NCBI GenBank assembly: GCA_040954595.2 | Contig: CM082579.2 | Location: 5,328,879 to 5,392,878 of the forward strand | Direction of reading: 5' to 3' | DNA from: Balanoglossus misakiensis | Lineage: Eukaryota > Animalia > Hemichordata | DNA length: 64,000 bases | Part shown: positions 1 to 12,351 of the stretch, one piece after another | Position numbering within the stretch: the stretch's first letter is position 1 | Layout of the letters: every line of letters starts with the position of its first letter | The notes under the pieces: generated by a model | Seen by the model: only the letters and a program-made list of their open reading frames with translations | The model's database searches: none | Told to the model about the DNA's origin: nothing | Translations under genes and position numbers: made by a program

Positions 1-2372
1 GATTGGCGTCTCCAGCATGGTTGCCAACTGCTTGGCCAGCTCGATGTGGTACTTGGTGCCCGAGCCGTGCGTTTCCCTGGTAACTGGGTTGCTGATGCCG
101 AGACTCAACAGGTATGCCTTGAATTTCACTGTCTGCAAGGGTTGACAAATATGAATGAACAAGATCTACACAGTGGTGTGACTGTAGTGGAAATTTATAC
201 AACACAATTACTGGCACATATGCCATCAAATACACGATGAGAAATAAACACTTAAGAATGTTGATGATTGAAGAAAGCAGAGCTGATACCATGAAATGGA
301 AAAATTCATTGAGTGGTTTTCCATAGCACATCGGGATTCAAAGTTCACTGACCTCATCTTCAGTGATATCCCCTTTCTTCTCTTTGATCTTTGTTGCAAT
401 GTTTTTCGACAGATCAACCATGGTTTTTGCCTGAAAAATAGGATGACATTCAATGAAATCTGGCTGGGTTGGCAGGAATGGGGTCTGTAATATTTTTCTC
501 TGCAAGCATGCATCCCTGTGGACGGAATTTTAAATAAGTACTTATTTACTTACTTGGTCCATCAATTTGCCAAGGTCTTGAAATGCCTATGTTCATGAGA
601 CAGACAAAATTTGTTAAAGGTCAGATTGAAGAGTTGCTGTACCACAGTTCCTTACAATTACATAAACTTATGTAGGAAAGTCTCCTATTTATTAATTTAT
701 TATTTTTATTTCGTTTCTGAATCAGTAAACTAGAAGCAAATGACATATTTTCCTGGTCACTACAAGAGAAGAAATACTTTTAATATTAAACAGCTAGAAC
801 TTCTTTACATGGCTTTGTGAGGGATAACTGGCATCTTACCATGGATATATTTTGATCAGTTTCCTTCCTCTTCTCTTCCAGTTTCCTTTCGATTCCTACA
901 ATTCCAGCTCGCACTTGCCTTGGCTGTAAAACAAAAAAACAATGGATTGTGTAATTCCATGCAATTTGATAAAATACTGCAGTATTGTAGAACCAATTTA
1001 TGTGAATTATAGAAAATGGAATAAATTCTACGTTTAATATTCAATATAATTACAATTTTGTCACTGTACAAATGTCGATCTCTGTCTGTGAATATGTTTA
1101 CAATGTAGTATGAAATACTCACTTGGCTAGCTCCTTTGGTAGGACTTTGACGTGTTGGTATGGCTTGGTGTTCCCATGTCCGTCTTTGAAGCTGATCTGA
1201 TAGACATCTATGAAACTGTCACAAGGACAATTATTTTTTTTTTAAATCACAGAAATTACACATTCTTCTTTCATTTACCCCTTCACTACCATGTTTCAGT
1301 CCAAACCCATTGTTTTCTATGGTAAAGTTGGACCTCTATAGAGGGAACTGGGGGTGGAAAGGGTTAAAGGCACTGAGAAAGTAACCTTACCTCTGTTTCA
1401 CCACCAGACTTGAATGATAATTTAATATATGTGTTGGGACTGTACATGACAGGACCTCCTTGTTTGTTGGGTGCGGCTGGGTGGAGGTAGAGTAACAGCT
1501 TCGGACTGAAGACAAACAAATGATATGGCACCAGTTACACCATGTTTCTCTGCACTGGTTCTTTACACTAAATTCAAAAGTTTGACTTCATGAGGCCATG
1601 ATCAACCACCAATGGGAACCATATGTGCATGTTTGAACAAGATGAATATTATAATATGGGCCTTTAGGGCAACTTGTTACAATCTTCATCAGGTCATAGA
1701 CCCTAGGGTCTATGATTAGGTACATAAATGTAAGTCAATGCAGTGGATTTTCAGCTCACCTTTTACCAAAGCCAGCAGACTGCTCTTCCACAAACACTAT
1801 TTGTGACAAATGCATGACAATGTTGTAATTCTGAAAGAGACCACCGAATGGTCAATACAAATGTTCCTTATAGTGTTTGTGTTAACCTAAGTAAGAGTAG
1901 ACTGAAAAAGGCTAGGTTGGCTTAAAGTATAAATTGGAGGCGACAATCTCAAATAAATCACCGATGACAGTGATCTGTGGTAGTACTTACAGGTCTCACA
2001 GTGTCTTTCCATATGAGTCGGTAGTTCGTCAGAACCAAGAAACCCCTCTCAAATGCTGTCTGGGGGAAAAAACATACATATATTTTATCAGACATTATGT
2101 CATGATACATGCTTTGCAGTGACGGGTATGTGCAATGGAAAGAGATTGAGTTGCCTTGCTGAGTGAAGAGCACATAGCCATGTCTGCCCAGGTCAGGTCA
2201 CGAACTGACCCATCCTCCTACTCCGATATATACTGCAGATGAATGACACAGAAATATTGCTCTGTGGTCGAATTACCTTATCTTCGCCATCATGTAGCCT
2301 CACACCAGATTGTTGCGTAACTAATGATTCAGTTGGCATCAGCAATCCATCGGACCATTCAAACCTGTCCAT
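1..2372 (-). CDS. VPS36: Vacuolar protein-sorting protein 36 (ESCRT-II, GLUE domain), 3' end outside window
   Basis: GT-AG exons approx. 2372-2277 ([32 protein letters not shown]), 2059-1991 ([19 protein letters not shown]), 1830-1760, 1505-1391 (..[13 protein letters not shown]), 1215-1123, 923-840 ([23 protein letters not shown]), 586-554 ([11 protein letters not shown]), 440-353 ([26 protein letters not shown]), 132-<1 ([22 protein letters not shown]). These are recognisable VPS36 motifs. Confidence 0.95.
1274..1367. mobile_element. ~90-bp piggyBac-like MITE, copy 1 (VPS36 intron)
   Basis: TTTA-CCCCTTCAC...GTGGAAAGGG-TTAA with core GTCCAAACCCATTGTTTTCTATGGTAA shared with three other copies. 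Confidence 0.75.
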
Positions 2373-3074
2373 CCTTTCCAACTACATCAACAGACAACTC
2401 GTCTTCCGCAGGCAAAGATACTTCCGCAATGTTCATTGGTGAAAATCGCCGCTGCGGGCGCGCTCTGTTAAACTCCCTATGCTGTCAAAAAAACGACACA
2501 TCGCCGTATGTGTGAATTATTGTCGATAATTTCGACAAAATTGGTGAATTTCCCCTTTAAAAAAGTACACCTGGGGATTTCAAACCCTAAAATGCGATAA
2601 TACACCGATCGTGAACGTGTATGCCACCGTACTTGCACCGATATTCCACGAATGAATTTCAAAGTGAATAATTACTTATAGAGTTAGCCGGTCCGATAAA
2701 GAATTCTCAACATTATTTTTAGTACTCGATTCGTTTATAATTTAGAACAAGATTTATATAAAAAATAGCGATATATACATGTAATACAGCAAAAACTAGG
2801 AATATTATAATTTATTTATTGCTGTTTTGGTAACTTATGTTGTGTACCGTATTTATCTTAGCAACGCTTTACGTTATTTGGTGATGCGTTTATCAAAGGT
2901 GCTGTCATTGTTTCGCATTGTGGCAGGGTCATTGTCCTTTGCTTACGCAAGATACCGGCATCCGGCGTCACACGTACCAGAACGTCATCATTCGCTTCAG
3001 TTGCACGCGTTACTCGTTGCTAAAAGGATCAAGCGATTTTCGCTCAAGATTTCGACATACCTCAACGAATCAAA
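2373..3074. promoter_or_regulatory. Divergent promoter region, VPS36 / COX7B-like
   Basis: Start codons are 0.7 kb apart on opposite strands, with CpG-rich flanks around an AT-rich core (2690-2830). Confidence 0.5.
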
Positions 3075-4514
3075 ATGTTTCAACAGTTGACAAGAGCAGT
3101 CATCCGACAAACAGGTGAGTTTTGAGTGACTATGTGAGACTAAAAATTCGAGAAAGCTACGAAAAAAATCGCGCATAGTGGTGATTATAAGACAAAACAA
3201 TTTCACATTTGTCGGCGTATTTCAAATCATCAGTTATACCAAAAGTACCGAGTCATTTTTTATCAGATTTGCTGTCCTACTGATATAACGTTTTGTATCG
3301 ACAATTGACTCTCGAAAGTGGATTTTGTTTTTAGATTTTAGATTAATCCGTGGTAACAAACAAAGCCCCAAAATGGCTACGATGTCGGAAAGTTCTTACG
3401 TAACCCTTTATTTGCTTTCGACGCAGTAGATTGTGTAATTCTCATTAAAGTTCCCAACATATAACCTGTCCCTACAATGACATACTCGTTTCCAAATTTC
3501 GCATTCATTCTCCATCTCTGATCCGCCATTGAGTCACGTGCACCTCCCACGCGTACTTAACCATTGCAAGGACGCGGTGCCCTTTTTATGGTCAAGGTCG
3601 ACATGACCGAACGTCATTTCACGTTGAATAACCACGGTCACTCCACACAAAGGTTACAGCGACCATGCGGCCACACATGCTCCAAGTCGAAGGATTTGTG
3701 AATGTGTGAATCTGGGAGTATCGAATCTTAAAAAAATATTTTTAAAAAGAACAAACAGCTATACAATTCTTATTGACTAGTTGGCCGAGGTCCATTCTTA
3801 TCCTGGTGGCGAAATCGTCCATTTACCGTTACTCTGTAATACATATGATAACAAATGTCTTCACACGCGGAAAGTGAGAACAGCGGAGCCCACTCATTAT
3901 CGTCGTGACGCACGCGGTCCACACCCCTTTATCCGGTAAAAGTGGCGGACAGTCACACCCAAAACCGCTGTATCACACCACCAACTGTCTGGGACAATGC
4001 AACGATTTGCTTTTACCGCTAAGGTCCATGCTTTTACGTAATGACTTTTTTTCTCACGAGAACCCAACATGTCCCTTTCGTCTTACAGGCCCACTCAGCC
4101 GCAGAAACATGTCGGGTTGGGTCGGCAGGATGCGTCCTGGTGCCAGCGAGCCCCCAGTGGAATACCACAAGGCCGATAAGTTAATGATCGGAAGCGTCGT
4201 CTCGGCCGTAGCTTTATGGATTGGCGTAAGTCTTTACTTTTGCTTCATCTGGTTCTGAATTAGTGTTTTGGAAAGTGACACCCTTAATTTCAGACATATT
4301 CATAATCGACATCCTGATGTCACAGATGGCCGCTGATACGAATGGCTGTCAAGATTTCCATTGTGTTATAGTATATTAATACATTAGGTTTTATTCCTAT
4401 CCCCGCCGTTTTAGTTGCCGGGGCGTTATTTTTTTAACGGCGCTCTACTCTCTGTTTCACCAGGTGTGTTCAAGCAAAACATTCAACCTCAACCTGGAAC
4501 CACCAAGGAAGTAG
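3075..4514 (+). CDS. COX7B-like cytochrome c oxidase subunit, 75-aa single-TM mitochondrial microprotein, 3 exons
   Basis: Exons 3075-3114 (ACAG|gtgagt), 4089-4225 (tcttacag| ... GGC|gtaagt) and 4464-4514 (tttcaccag| ... TAG) total 228 nt in frame: MFQQLTRAVIRQTGPLSRRNMSGWVGRMRPGASEPPVEYHKADKLMIGSVVSAVALWIGVCSSKTFNLNLEPPRK*. Arg-rich, acid-free presequence, one TM, and W-x2-V-x8-N-L-x-P spacing as in vertebrate COX7B. AATAAA at about 4656. Confidence 0.72.
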
Positions 4515-5588
4515 ACTGACCGCGAAATGCAAGCGACGACGAAAGAATGAAAGGAGGACACAGAAGAAGAACGCATGATCCCCTTTCAGTGATTTTCATA
4601 GTGTGAAGTGTGTGTGTGTGTGGAACGAATCAGAACTATGTGAAATAGATAGATGAATAAATCCATATTCTATCACAAGCCGTTAGAGTCAGGTTTATAC
4701 CACTACTGTAGAAACCATGTACATTATATTTTAAAGGAATAAGTCTGATTTTCGGGCCTCCGAAATTTTTTAAACAATATTGCAGAAAAAGTGGAATTGT
4801 TATTTGTTTTAGACAATATTCTTAATATTGATTCTTTGGAACCCGCAGATTACATATCGTTGTGTGGTAAAGAGAATATATTTTAATTTTGATTAGGCTG
4901 ATGGGGCACAAAGACCCAAGATTGTTTTTAAATCTCAGGTATGCCATTTCCTTTTCAGATATTGTCCATCTATTTATATCATAATATATGACATAAATTA
5001 TTATGTTCTGTTTTGATTTCCAGTATGTTATTCGAATAAATTTAGCTTTTTTTCTCGCAAAAAATGTACTGAGTGTTTGATGTTTGTACAGATAGAAAAG
5101 GAGTTGAATGCAGTATAATGTACATGTACTAGTAATATCCAGACTTAAAAAGCATGACTTAAAGAGCGTATAGCTCGTCTCACACGCATGTTCCAGCTGT
5201 AGCCGCTGGTTACAATACAATACAATACAATAATATTATTATTACAGATCTCTGAAATAGTGTTGCCACAAACTATAATTTAGGGGCTTTCAAAATACAT
5301 GAGGGAATAAATAAAAAAATAGACTAAGCTCTCGTAAGTTAGCTTCGTTCTTGTTGAAGTCATGGTACAGTTAAAACCGAGTTTCAAAAAGCATTTTTAG
5401 TTAACATGCTATACTAAATATTTGTTGGTTTGTTTTTCTGTGTGAAAGTTTTCTGAATATAATAAATGACAACTATGTTTAGTGACCAAAATATACACAA
5501 ATATTCCTATAAGGAAGACGACATTATTAAATTACGGTGAATATGGCCGCTGGAGGCTCATATGCCTCGAGCGGAAAACTCATGTGAC

Positions 5589-5662
5589 TCCCCCCCCCCC
5601 TCTCTCTCTCTCTCTCTCTACCTCTACCTCTACCCCTCTCTCTTCCTCTCCCACCCTCCCTT
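5589..5662. repeat. Poly-C plus (CT)n pyrimidine tract
   Basis: Read directly; lies just 3' of the PDGF/VEGF stop. Confidence 0.9.
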
Positions 5663-5674
5663 TCAACGCAACTA

Positions 5675-7878
5675 CTAGTTGATAATCATCTGTTCGGTCG
5701 CCATTGTCCCCGATCGTTCACGTTTTCTTTCCTTCCTTCTAATTCTACGTTCTTCCTCGTTTCGTTCCCGGTTTCGGCGGCGCCCATCCTTCCTGCGACG
5801 TGCCTTATCCTTCTTTCTCTTCTTTGGTTTGCTTTTCTGTGTTGTAATGGGGCTGTCAGTGCCGGCGCTTCGAAGGAGGAAATGGCAAAGAGTCATATAA
5901 GGGAGTTGTTATGATTCATATCGCCCATGCTTTGTCCAAATTTAAATATCAGACGTGAGCTGTTACATGGCAGGATTTTTGGTGTTCTGTATATAGCAGT
6001 TCCGTACTTTCATATCCGAGAAACAGTCACGTGATATCTCGAAAGGTCTCGTGGAATCTGGAAAATGGTCTATTGCCTCTTCATGGCTGCTTACCTTGGG
6101 CAGTCATTGGTTTTGCCGCCTTCGCCATCGCTGCACAGATTTATGAGAAGGTCGCCGCTGCAGGTGTTGGTATAGATACACCTGCAAGCTTTGTGGTCGC
6201 TGACCTCTATTGTCATTGTCTTGTTGTCTGTCGGTTCGTCTGGAGCTAGTACAATTTCCTGGAAATGAAGAAACGATAAATTGCGACAACAATTCTTGTA
6301 TTGGATGTGGGGTGAACGTGTACACTAGGGATACACATCATTACACGTCCATTCGCTCACGTGGTGCGTTTTGAAACTGTTGTCTCCTGTGTTGTCTTGT
6401 GTCTTATTTGTCCTTCCGTCTATTTGTTTGTTTTCTTGCTTGCTTGATTGTTTGCTTGCTTGTTTGCTTGCTTGCTTAACAAACTGGCTTGTTTAAAAGA
6501 GGGAAAGTTGTGGTAACAGACTCACTTTTTTGACAAACGCTATCCACGTAGGAACACACCTCTGGTCCGCAGAAGAGCAGCAACCGCCACAGCGATGCAG
6601 CAACAGGCAGCGCGGGAAAGTCTGGTGAGTGTGTTGTACAAAGGCGCCTGGTGCGACGATGCTACAGTAGGCTGGATCTCGTAATATGTCGTGGACCGAC
6701 ACGACCACTGGTAACGGCTTGCAACTCGACATTTCAAACTCGTCGTTGGCTACCCAAACAAAAATAGAACACAGCTGACATCGTCACTTTCTAGATAATA
6801 TCTTGAAAATGCCCCCAGAGCAGAAATAATATTTTAAGGAAGTACGGCCACCATGTCGACACGCCTGTTTTATTCCTAGGATTTTCCGGGAAAATTCACG
6901 TCGGTTGGTCAGCTGATCACGTACTGTTTATTTAGCGGGTTAATCCCCCTCGAATGGCAAATCTCTTGGAAAAGCTACTAGTCGATCAATCTGATTAAAA
7001 TCAGATGTAGGGTACGGCGACGTCTTTTACTTGCGCGGTATTCTCTTATCCTGTCTCCTCAGAGGCGCAAGTAAAAGACGTCGCCGTACCCTACATCTGA
7101 TTTTAATCAGATTGCCAATCGGTTGGATTGGCTGAGGCAATTAAACATATGGACAGCTTTTTATGAACTATACCTGCAGAAATCCGGGTCTCTCTGGACT
7201 TATGTCGACTGTTGCGACCGTGTTGTGGAGCATCCGAAAGAGTCATATCGTCGGAGAATAAATCCCACGGTTGTCCCGTTATCTTTGTGGGAATAGATAA
7301 CAGAAGCAAATGTTACCCGACATCGCCGAGCTGAATACAAATTTCCGATTATGCATCCCTGTCCGTACTTTTTGCTAAGAGAAAGTGTTCTCCCTTTCCC
7401 GACAGTCACCTCCCTGCACCGTATATCAACCCAACGGCCGACAGTGACGCCTATATCAAGTCGCGTATCACTTTCAGCATTATCTGCAGCGCTTGGGAGA
7501 AATATGCTGAATCAGCAAGTTTTTTTTTTTTTACTATCGCCTAATTTCACAGCCTTGTATAAAAAATTGTATTTCAAAAAGCAAATATTTATTATACTTG
7601 CAAGGGAGAATCTAAAAGTCCCCAATTAAAAGATTTACTTTCGATTTTACCGAGCGTATACATCCTTAAACCCCAAGCTGTGCTTGCACCAGTCTCCGCT
7701 CCCCTGTCCCCATCTCCCTGTGTGTCACTGTCTCTCTCACACATACCCTCACCTGTTTTTGACCCTCCACGGACCCTCTTCCCGTGCCGTCGGATTTTGG
7801 CTCTTGTCTACACAAGGTCGGGGTCGACACATGAACCAAGCAATAGATAAGTAACAACAGCATGCTTGCGGGCTCCAT
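5675..7878 (-). CDS. PDGF/VEGF-family secreted growth factor (271 aa) with basic C-terminal tail
   Basis: Kozak GCCACCATGG at 7878. Exons 7878-7753 (signal peptide MEPASMLLLLIYCLVHVS), 7282-7174, 6749-6526 (CKP..FPRCLLLHRCGGCCSSADQRCVPT), 6258-6095 (HKACRC) and 5867-5675 (KSKPKKRKKDKARRRK..) have consistent phases and total 816 nt. P-x-C-x4-R-C-x-G-C-C signature and H-x2-C-x-C cystine-knot end are present. Confidence 0.9.
6424..6478. repeat. (TTTG)/(CTTG)n microsatellite
   Basis: Read directly; intronic. Confidence 0.85.
6987..7114. repeat. Perfect 50-bp inverted repeat with 28-nt spacer (intron of the PDGF/VEGF gene)
   Basis: 6987-7036 CAATCTGATTAAAATCAGATGTAGGGTACGGCGACGTCTTTTACTTGCGC is the exact reverse complement of 7065-7114. 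Confidence 0.95.
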
Positions 7879-9335
7879 GGTGGCATGGAAATCGAGGAAT
7901 TCAAAGTTGTCCAAAATGAAACAAGTAGGTATGGAGGTTGCGTTTATATATCATTACCTCTGCAAACAATGCATACATTGACTGATTTTCATAAGTAATG
8001 ACATTAGGCCTATTATGGACGGGAAAACCCTCTGAAAGTCCGAAGCAGCGAAAATCTTGTAATTTATGAGTACGGGTTATGATTATAATAGTCATGCTTA
8101 AAATTAACGTCCCGGTGTATGATTTAACCGCCACGTGATTATGCAGCAACAAAATATTGCTGAGAAATTGAGGTGACGACAGCTACACGTATAGGAAAGA
8201 ACCAGAGTAGAAAAACGTGACATTCAAAAGTATTTTTATACTGACATTGATAGTATTCATTGAGGAAACTATAGAATGGGTTTTGCTGGAAAAATTACCC
8301 AGGATATTAAAACTGGATAATATTATTACTGCAGCCATGGTCAGGTTTATTTTGGTTTGTTCTTTTTAAAACCAGAATTGTCAATCGGATTTCCATGCGG
8401 AACTTTCCACCGCGTCAAATGTTAGCACCACTGTGAGAGATTAATTTCTTATGTATATTACGTCTCTATAATATCGCGGGCTTTTAAAACTTACGTGGCC
8501 TAACTACACCGCTTTCTGAACTCTGGGCTTAGGCTTTAATTTGTAAACTTCACACTATATGTAGACGATTACCAGGAAATACAAGCATAGATTTGGGTGA
8601 CTGTACTTATTGCAACAAAAGACATGCAGTGTGAAACTATACTCATTATTCTGTGCACGTGCACATCATTCTGACTGAAAACAGTTCAAATATTTACGGA
8701 AGATCTTTATTCAGCATGATCCTGAAGTAGAATAAAAGCTCACGTTATTTTCAGTCATTTCTATTGCTTTCAGACCCTGTCAGCATCCTGTGGCTGTCGA
8801 CAACTCCGAGCATTGAAACGCCTATGGTTGAGTAAGAGGGGCACGTTTTGTGTCGAATATGTAAAAAAAACTACCAAATATTTGGCAACTCCGTCATTTT
8901 ATGTAATGAATTTGAATTTCAATCACAAGGGACTTACAGACACAATCGTGAGGCGTCACGTTCAAAAATATGAAGCCCGGCAACCTTTCATTTTTTTTCG
9001 TTCATTTCCGCGAACGGCATGGCGAAAGCATGATCTCAGGTATATGTAGAAATCTAGAATTTTAACTGCAAATTTCGTTTCGCGTTTTCTTGTCTGTAAG
9101 ATCTTGATGCCTTGACCCTTGTTACAAAGAATTAAAGTCCCTGGCCACTTCTCACTAAAACAACTTCGGAGAAAAAAAAATGTAGATTATGTTCCAAGAT
9201 GATTCCCAGGGTACAGTAAGTCGTATTGGTGGATCGACAGTACTGGGAATTTGTGGTCAGACGATATTTGCAGGACGGACTTTCTGTCTCGTTAGGCGTC
9301 ACGCGATGCCACGGACTGAGCACGACTTCCGGTGA

Positions 9336-9410
9336 GAATGAATGAATGAACGAATGAATGAATGAATGGCAGACAGACAGACAGACAGACAGACTGACTG
9401 ACTGATTCAT
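9336..9410. repeat. Compound tetranucleotide microsatellite (GAAT)n(CAGA)n(CTGA)n
   Basis: Read directly from the sequence. Confidence 0.9.
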
Positions 9411-12351
9411 TGATCGACATCCTTCAAATGTTCCTAAACGCACAGTCGTGTATTTTCAACGTATATCAGCCTTATAACAATACTTATACAGCATCACTCG
9501 AAAATGTGTTACTGAACATCAATGGTCTGAAATTTGGACGATACCTCCTATAAAGACAGGTGACCCGTTCGCTCATCCACTAAGACGTCTGGGCAAAAGG
9601 CACCCGTTGGCGGCCCCCAGATCCAATTGACCTACAATCCTCAGTGACGAGATTATGTCAGATGTGATCGGCATTTTAATGTATTTTATAACTGCTTGTT
9701 TAAAACTCTAGCTAGTAGTATCCGGGAGTAGTTTCACTTATATCAGTACTGGGAAAATGTTGCTAATATGACAATGTTAATTTAGTAGCGTTTTCACTGA
9801 AGTACCTGCCGCTTGCACAGGTATGACATCATTTGTATACGCAATTGAAAATGAAACTGATAATGATGTGTTTTAGAGGTTAAAAATGCGTTTTCTTTCT
9901 CTTGCCAGCATGCTTACTGTGTGTGCCATTGTGTGTGCTGCCATGCAACCGGGCGCTATCATTCACCGACCCTCTAACTGAAACTCCACCTGCCTCTAAA
10001 CCAAAGATTTATGGACCCGCATCTGCTGAAATTTCAAGATTTACGATTTATCGTGAAAAGGGAAACTGGGCCAGGTAATACATGGACCTCTCCTAAAATA
10101 GACTCAACTTGAACTTGAACTGCTACCAGCATCAAGACCACGTGAAAATGAACCCAGTCGGGCGGTACATATATACCCCCCCCCCCAACACACACATTCC
10201 CCTCCCAATTGAGACTATTGCTGTTTCATGTTTCATGCAACAGGGGACTCAGTGTGGGTTAGAATCCCATTATGGTTGTCGTCCCGTCGTATTGCTTACG
10301 TTAGAGGGTTGCACATTGAATGAGGTATCAGCAACGAAGCCATGCGCACCTGAATGGAGTGTGACACCTCACTGGCCAATCAGAGAAGACTTGCGCCTCA
10401 CCTAAGGAAACGCCTTTCAATGCGCACACAAAGTGTTGCACTGACGCTTTTCACCACTTTCGAAGCAGCGTTGCGGTCGGGCCCATCGACGGTGGCGCAA
10501 CTTTAAGTAAAAAAACTTGGTAAGTAGACAAGATGGTACAGTTTGTGACATCGAGAGTAACAACACCTATCGTTTTAAGTGCCTCTTTTCAAAGTTCGTC
10601 AGATGGATAAATCGCAATTGTTGTGGCATGTTTTGTGCGCTGATACCGCGACTTTTCTTTTCTTGGTGATATATTGGTGAACAGATTGTTGACCTGATTA
10701 GCATACCTCAACATTTACTCTGACGCCGCGGATAGTCCGCATTTAGTAATCCTATTATTATATTGTGAGATTTGTGGTGAACTCAGCTTCTTAAGAATAC
10801 AAAAAACTGTGTCTGAAATACGTGGTGCGCAGTTCGTATGCGGCCTCGAGTTGACCCGAACGCCGAATACGGAGGGCGGTGAGGGTCATCACGTCTGGAT
10901 GGAGAAGAGATGCGACGAAGGACAGTACTATTTGCACAGGTGAAGGACGGTGCAGTGGAAGTTGTACAAATAATAGTGTGGGTGTCAGTAGTATACTAAA
11001 CCCTAGGCAAAAGAAAGCATTGTCTGAACAGAATAGGCTAAGAGACAGTATTATCGAAACTGAACAATCTTAGAAGACCAGTAAAAGAAATATAGACGGA
11101 CGAATTGCGTGTCTCAGGGGTGAGGTCATTTTTTTTCTTTTACACCTTACATTGTAACTCGAGTCGAATTTAGAGGACACGACAGTCACGTGTTGTTCCA
11201 CAGTAGGGCATACCTATACCATAGAGTTTTAGACCCTACAATCTATAGACATACCTCTTCCTTTACAACATCGCTAACCTCGTTACTGTCCGGGATTTTG
11301 TTTTCCGCGGAGGGTCATGGCATTATTACGTGCAGATACCAGATGTTTACTCAAGAGTGTTGTTTGTGTTATTGGTCACGTAACTACGAACAAACTGAGG
11401 TATGAGTTGGCGATGAGAGAATGCGCAGTTTCCAGACTCAATAGACCGAAAAGTGCGTCTGAACTTTTAGCTTTCAAAGCAAAGATACGGTGAACTTCTT
11501 CGTATACCCACAGACGGACTCTTTGTCTGTGGTATACCGTGCATATAGTTATACGATGGAATAGATTTGCAAGTCAGTGGATGACGCCCAACCCTCACCC
11601 TTTCTAAAATTCGTGCAATGTACAATCAAAATTTGTTTGAGGGTGATTTGCCAGAGTTACAACTACAGGTCTTTGCACAGAGGGAATTTGCGACATGTGT
11701 TTTTCCCTCTGTCGACAACCCAAGTTGGCTTTTTACTTCGATCAATTGCTTTGGGGTCGTTCAAGTTTCCACACAACTTCGTACATTTTGGCTGCGTTGC
11801 CGATTTTTGAACACGTGGCTTATCAGACGCGTTTCGCTTTAAATACGCGAGGTAAAATTTTACTTACTTCTCTTTTCCGATAGAATACATGCTGACTCCC
11901 TCACGGGCGGCAATCCACACCCCGCACGGTACAGCTGCGTTTCCACAGCCAGGTGTGAAGGCCAAGCTTGTGAACATGACGCCAAATATCACAACAATAG
12001 AGACCATGCATAACCTTTTGTTTCAAACGTAAACGAATTAAATGCGTTGAAATTCTCCCGTCCAAGCACGCTGATGTATCCAACATGTGGAATTAAAAAC
12101 GGGAGACGAACGAAAGAAACATGACAATTAATCGAGAAAAATAAGGTGATTACAAAAAAAGCACGAAAACTTGAAACAATTACAATTTTTCGAATTCCAC
12201 CGCCTTTAACTTCGTTCCCGTCACCAGCCATTACAGAGGGACTGTGGGACAATCCTTTGCTCTGTAACTGGGAGGTCAGCGTGCGAGAATATTTAGGGTC
12301 AAATAAACAATCGCTGACAAGCCACGGTTGAGTGACCGTGCTCAGGCCGCC

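Noticed and set aside
1695-1714. 20-bp perfect palindrome CATAGACCCTAGGGTCTATG
   Set aside because: Real but short, and probably part of a degraded intronic repeat; no evidence of function.
3905-4258. 117-aa single-exon ORF as listed in the track
   Set aside because: Only 4089-4225 is bounded by splice sites; the rest is intron read-through.
5679-5900. Plus-strand ORF with a hydrophobic, TM-like stretch
   Set aside because: Reverse complement of the purine-rich Lys/Arg exon of the PDGF/VEGF gene.
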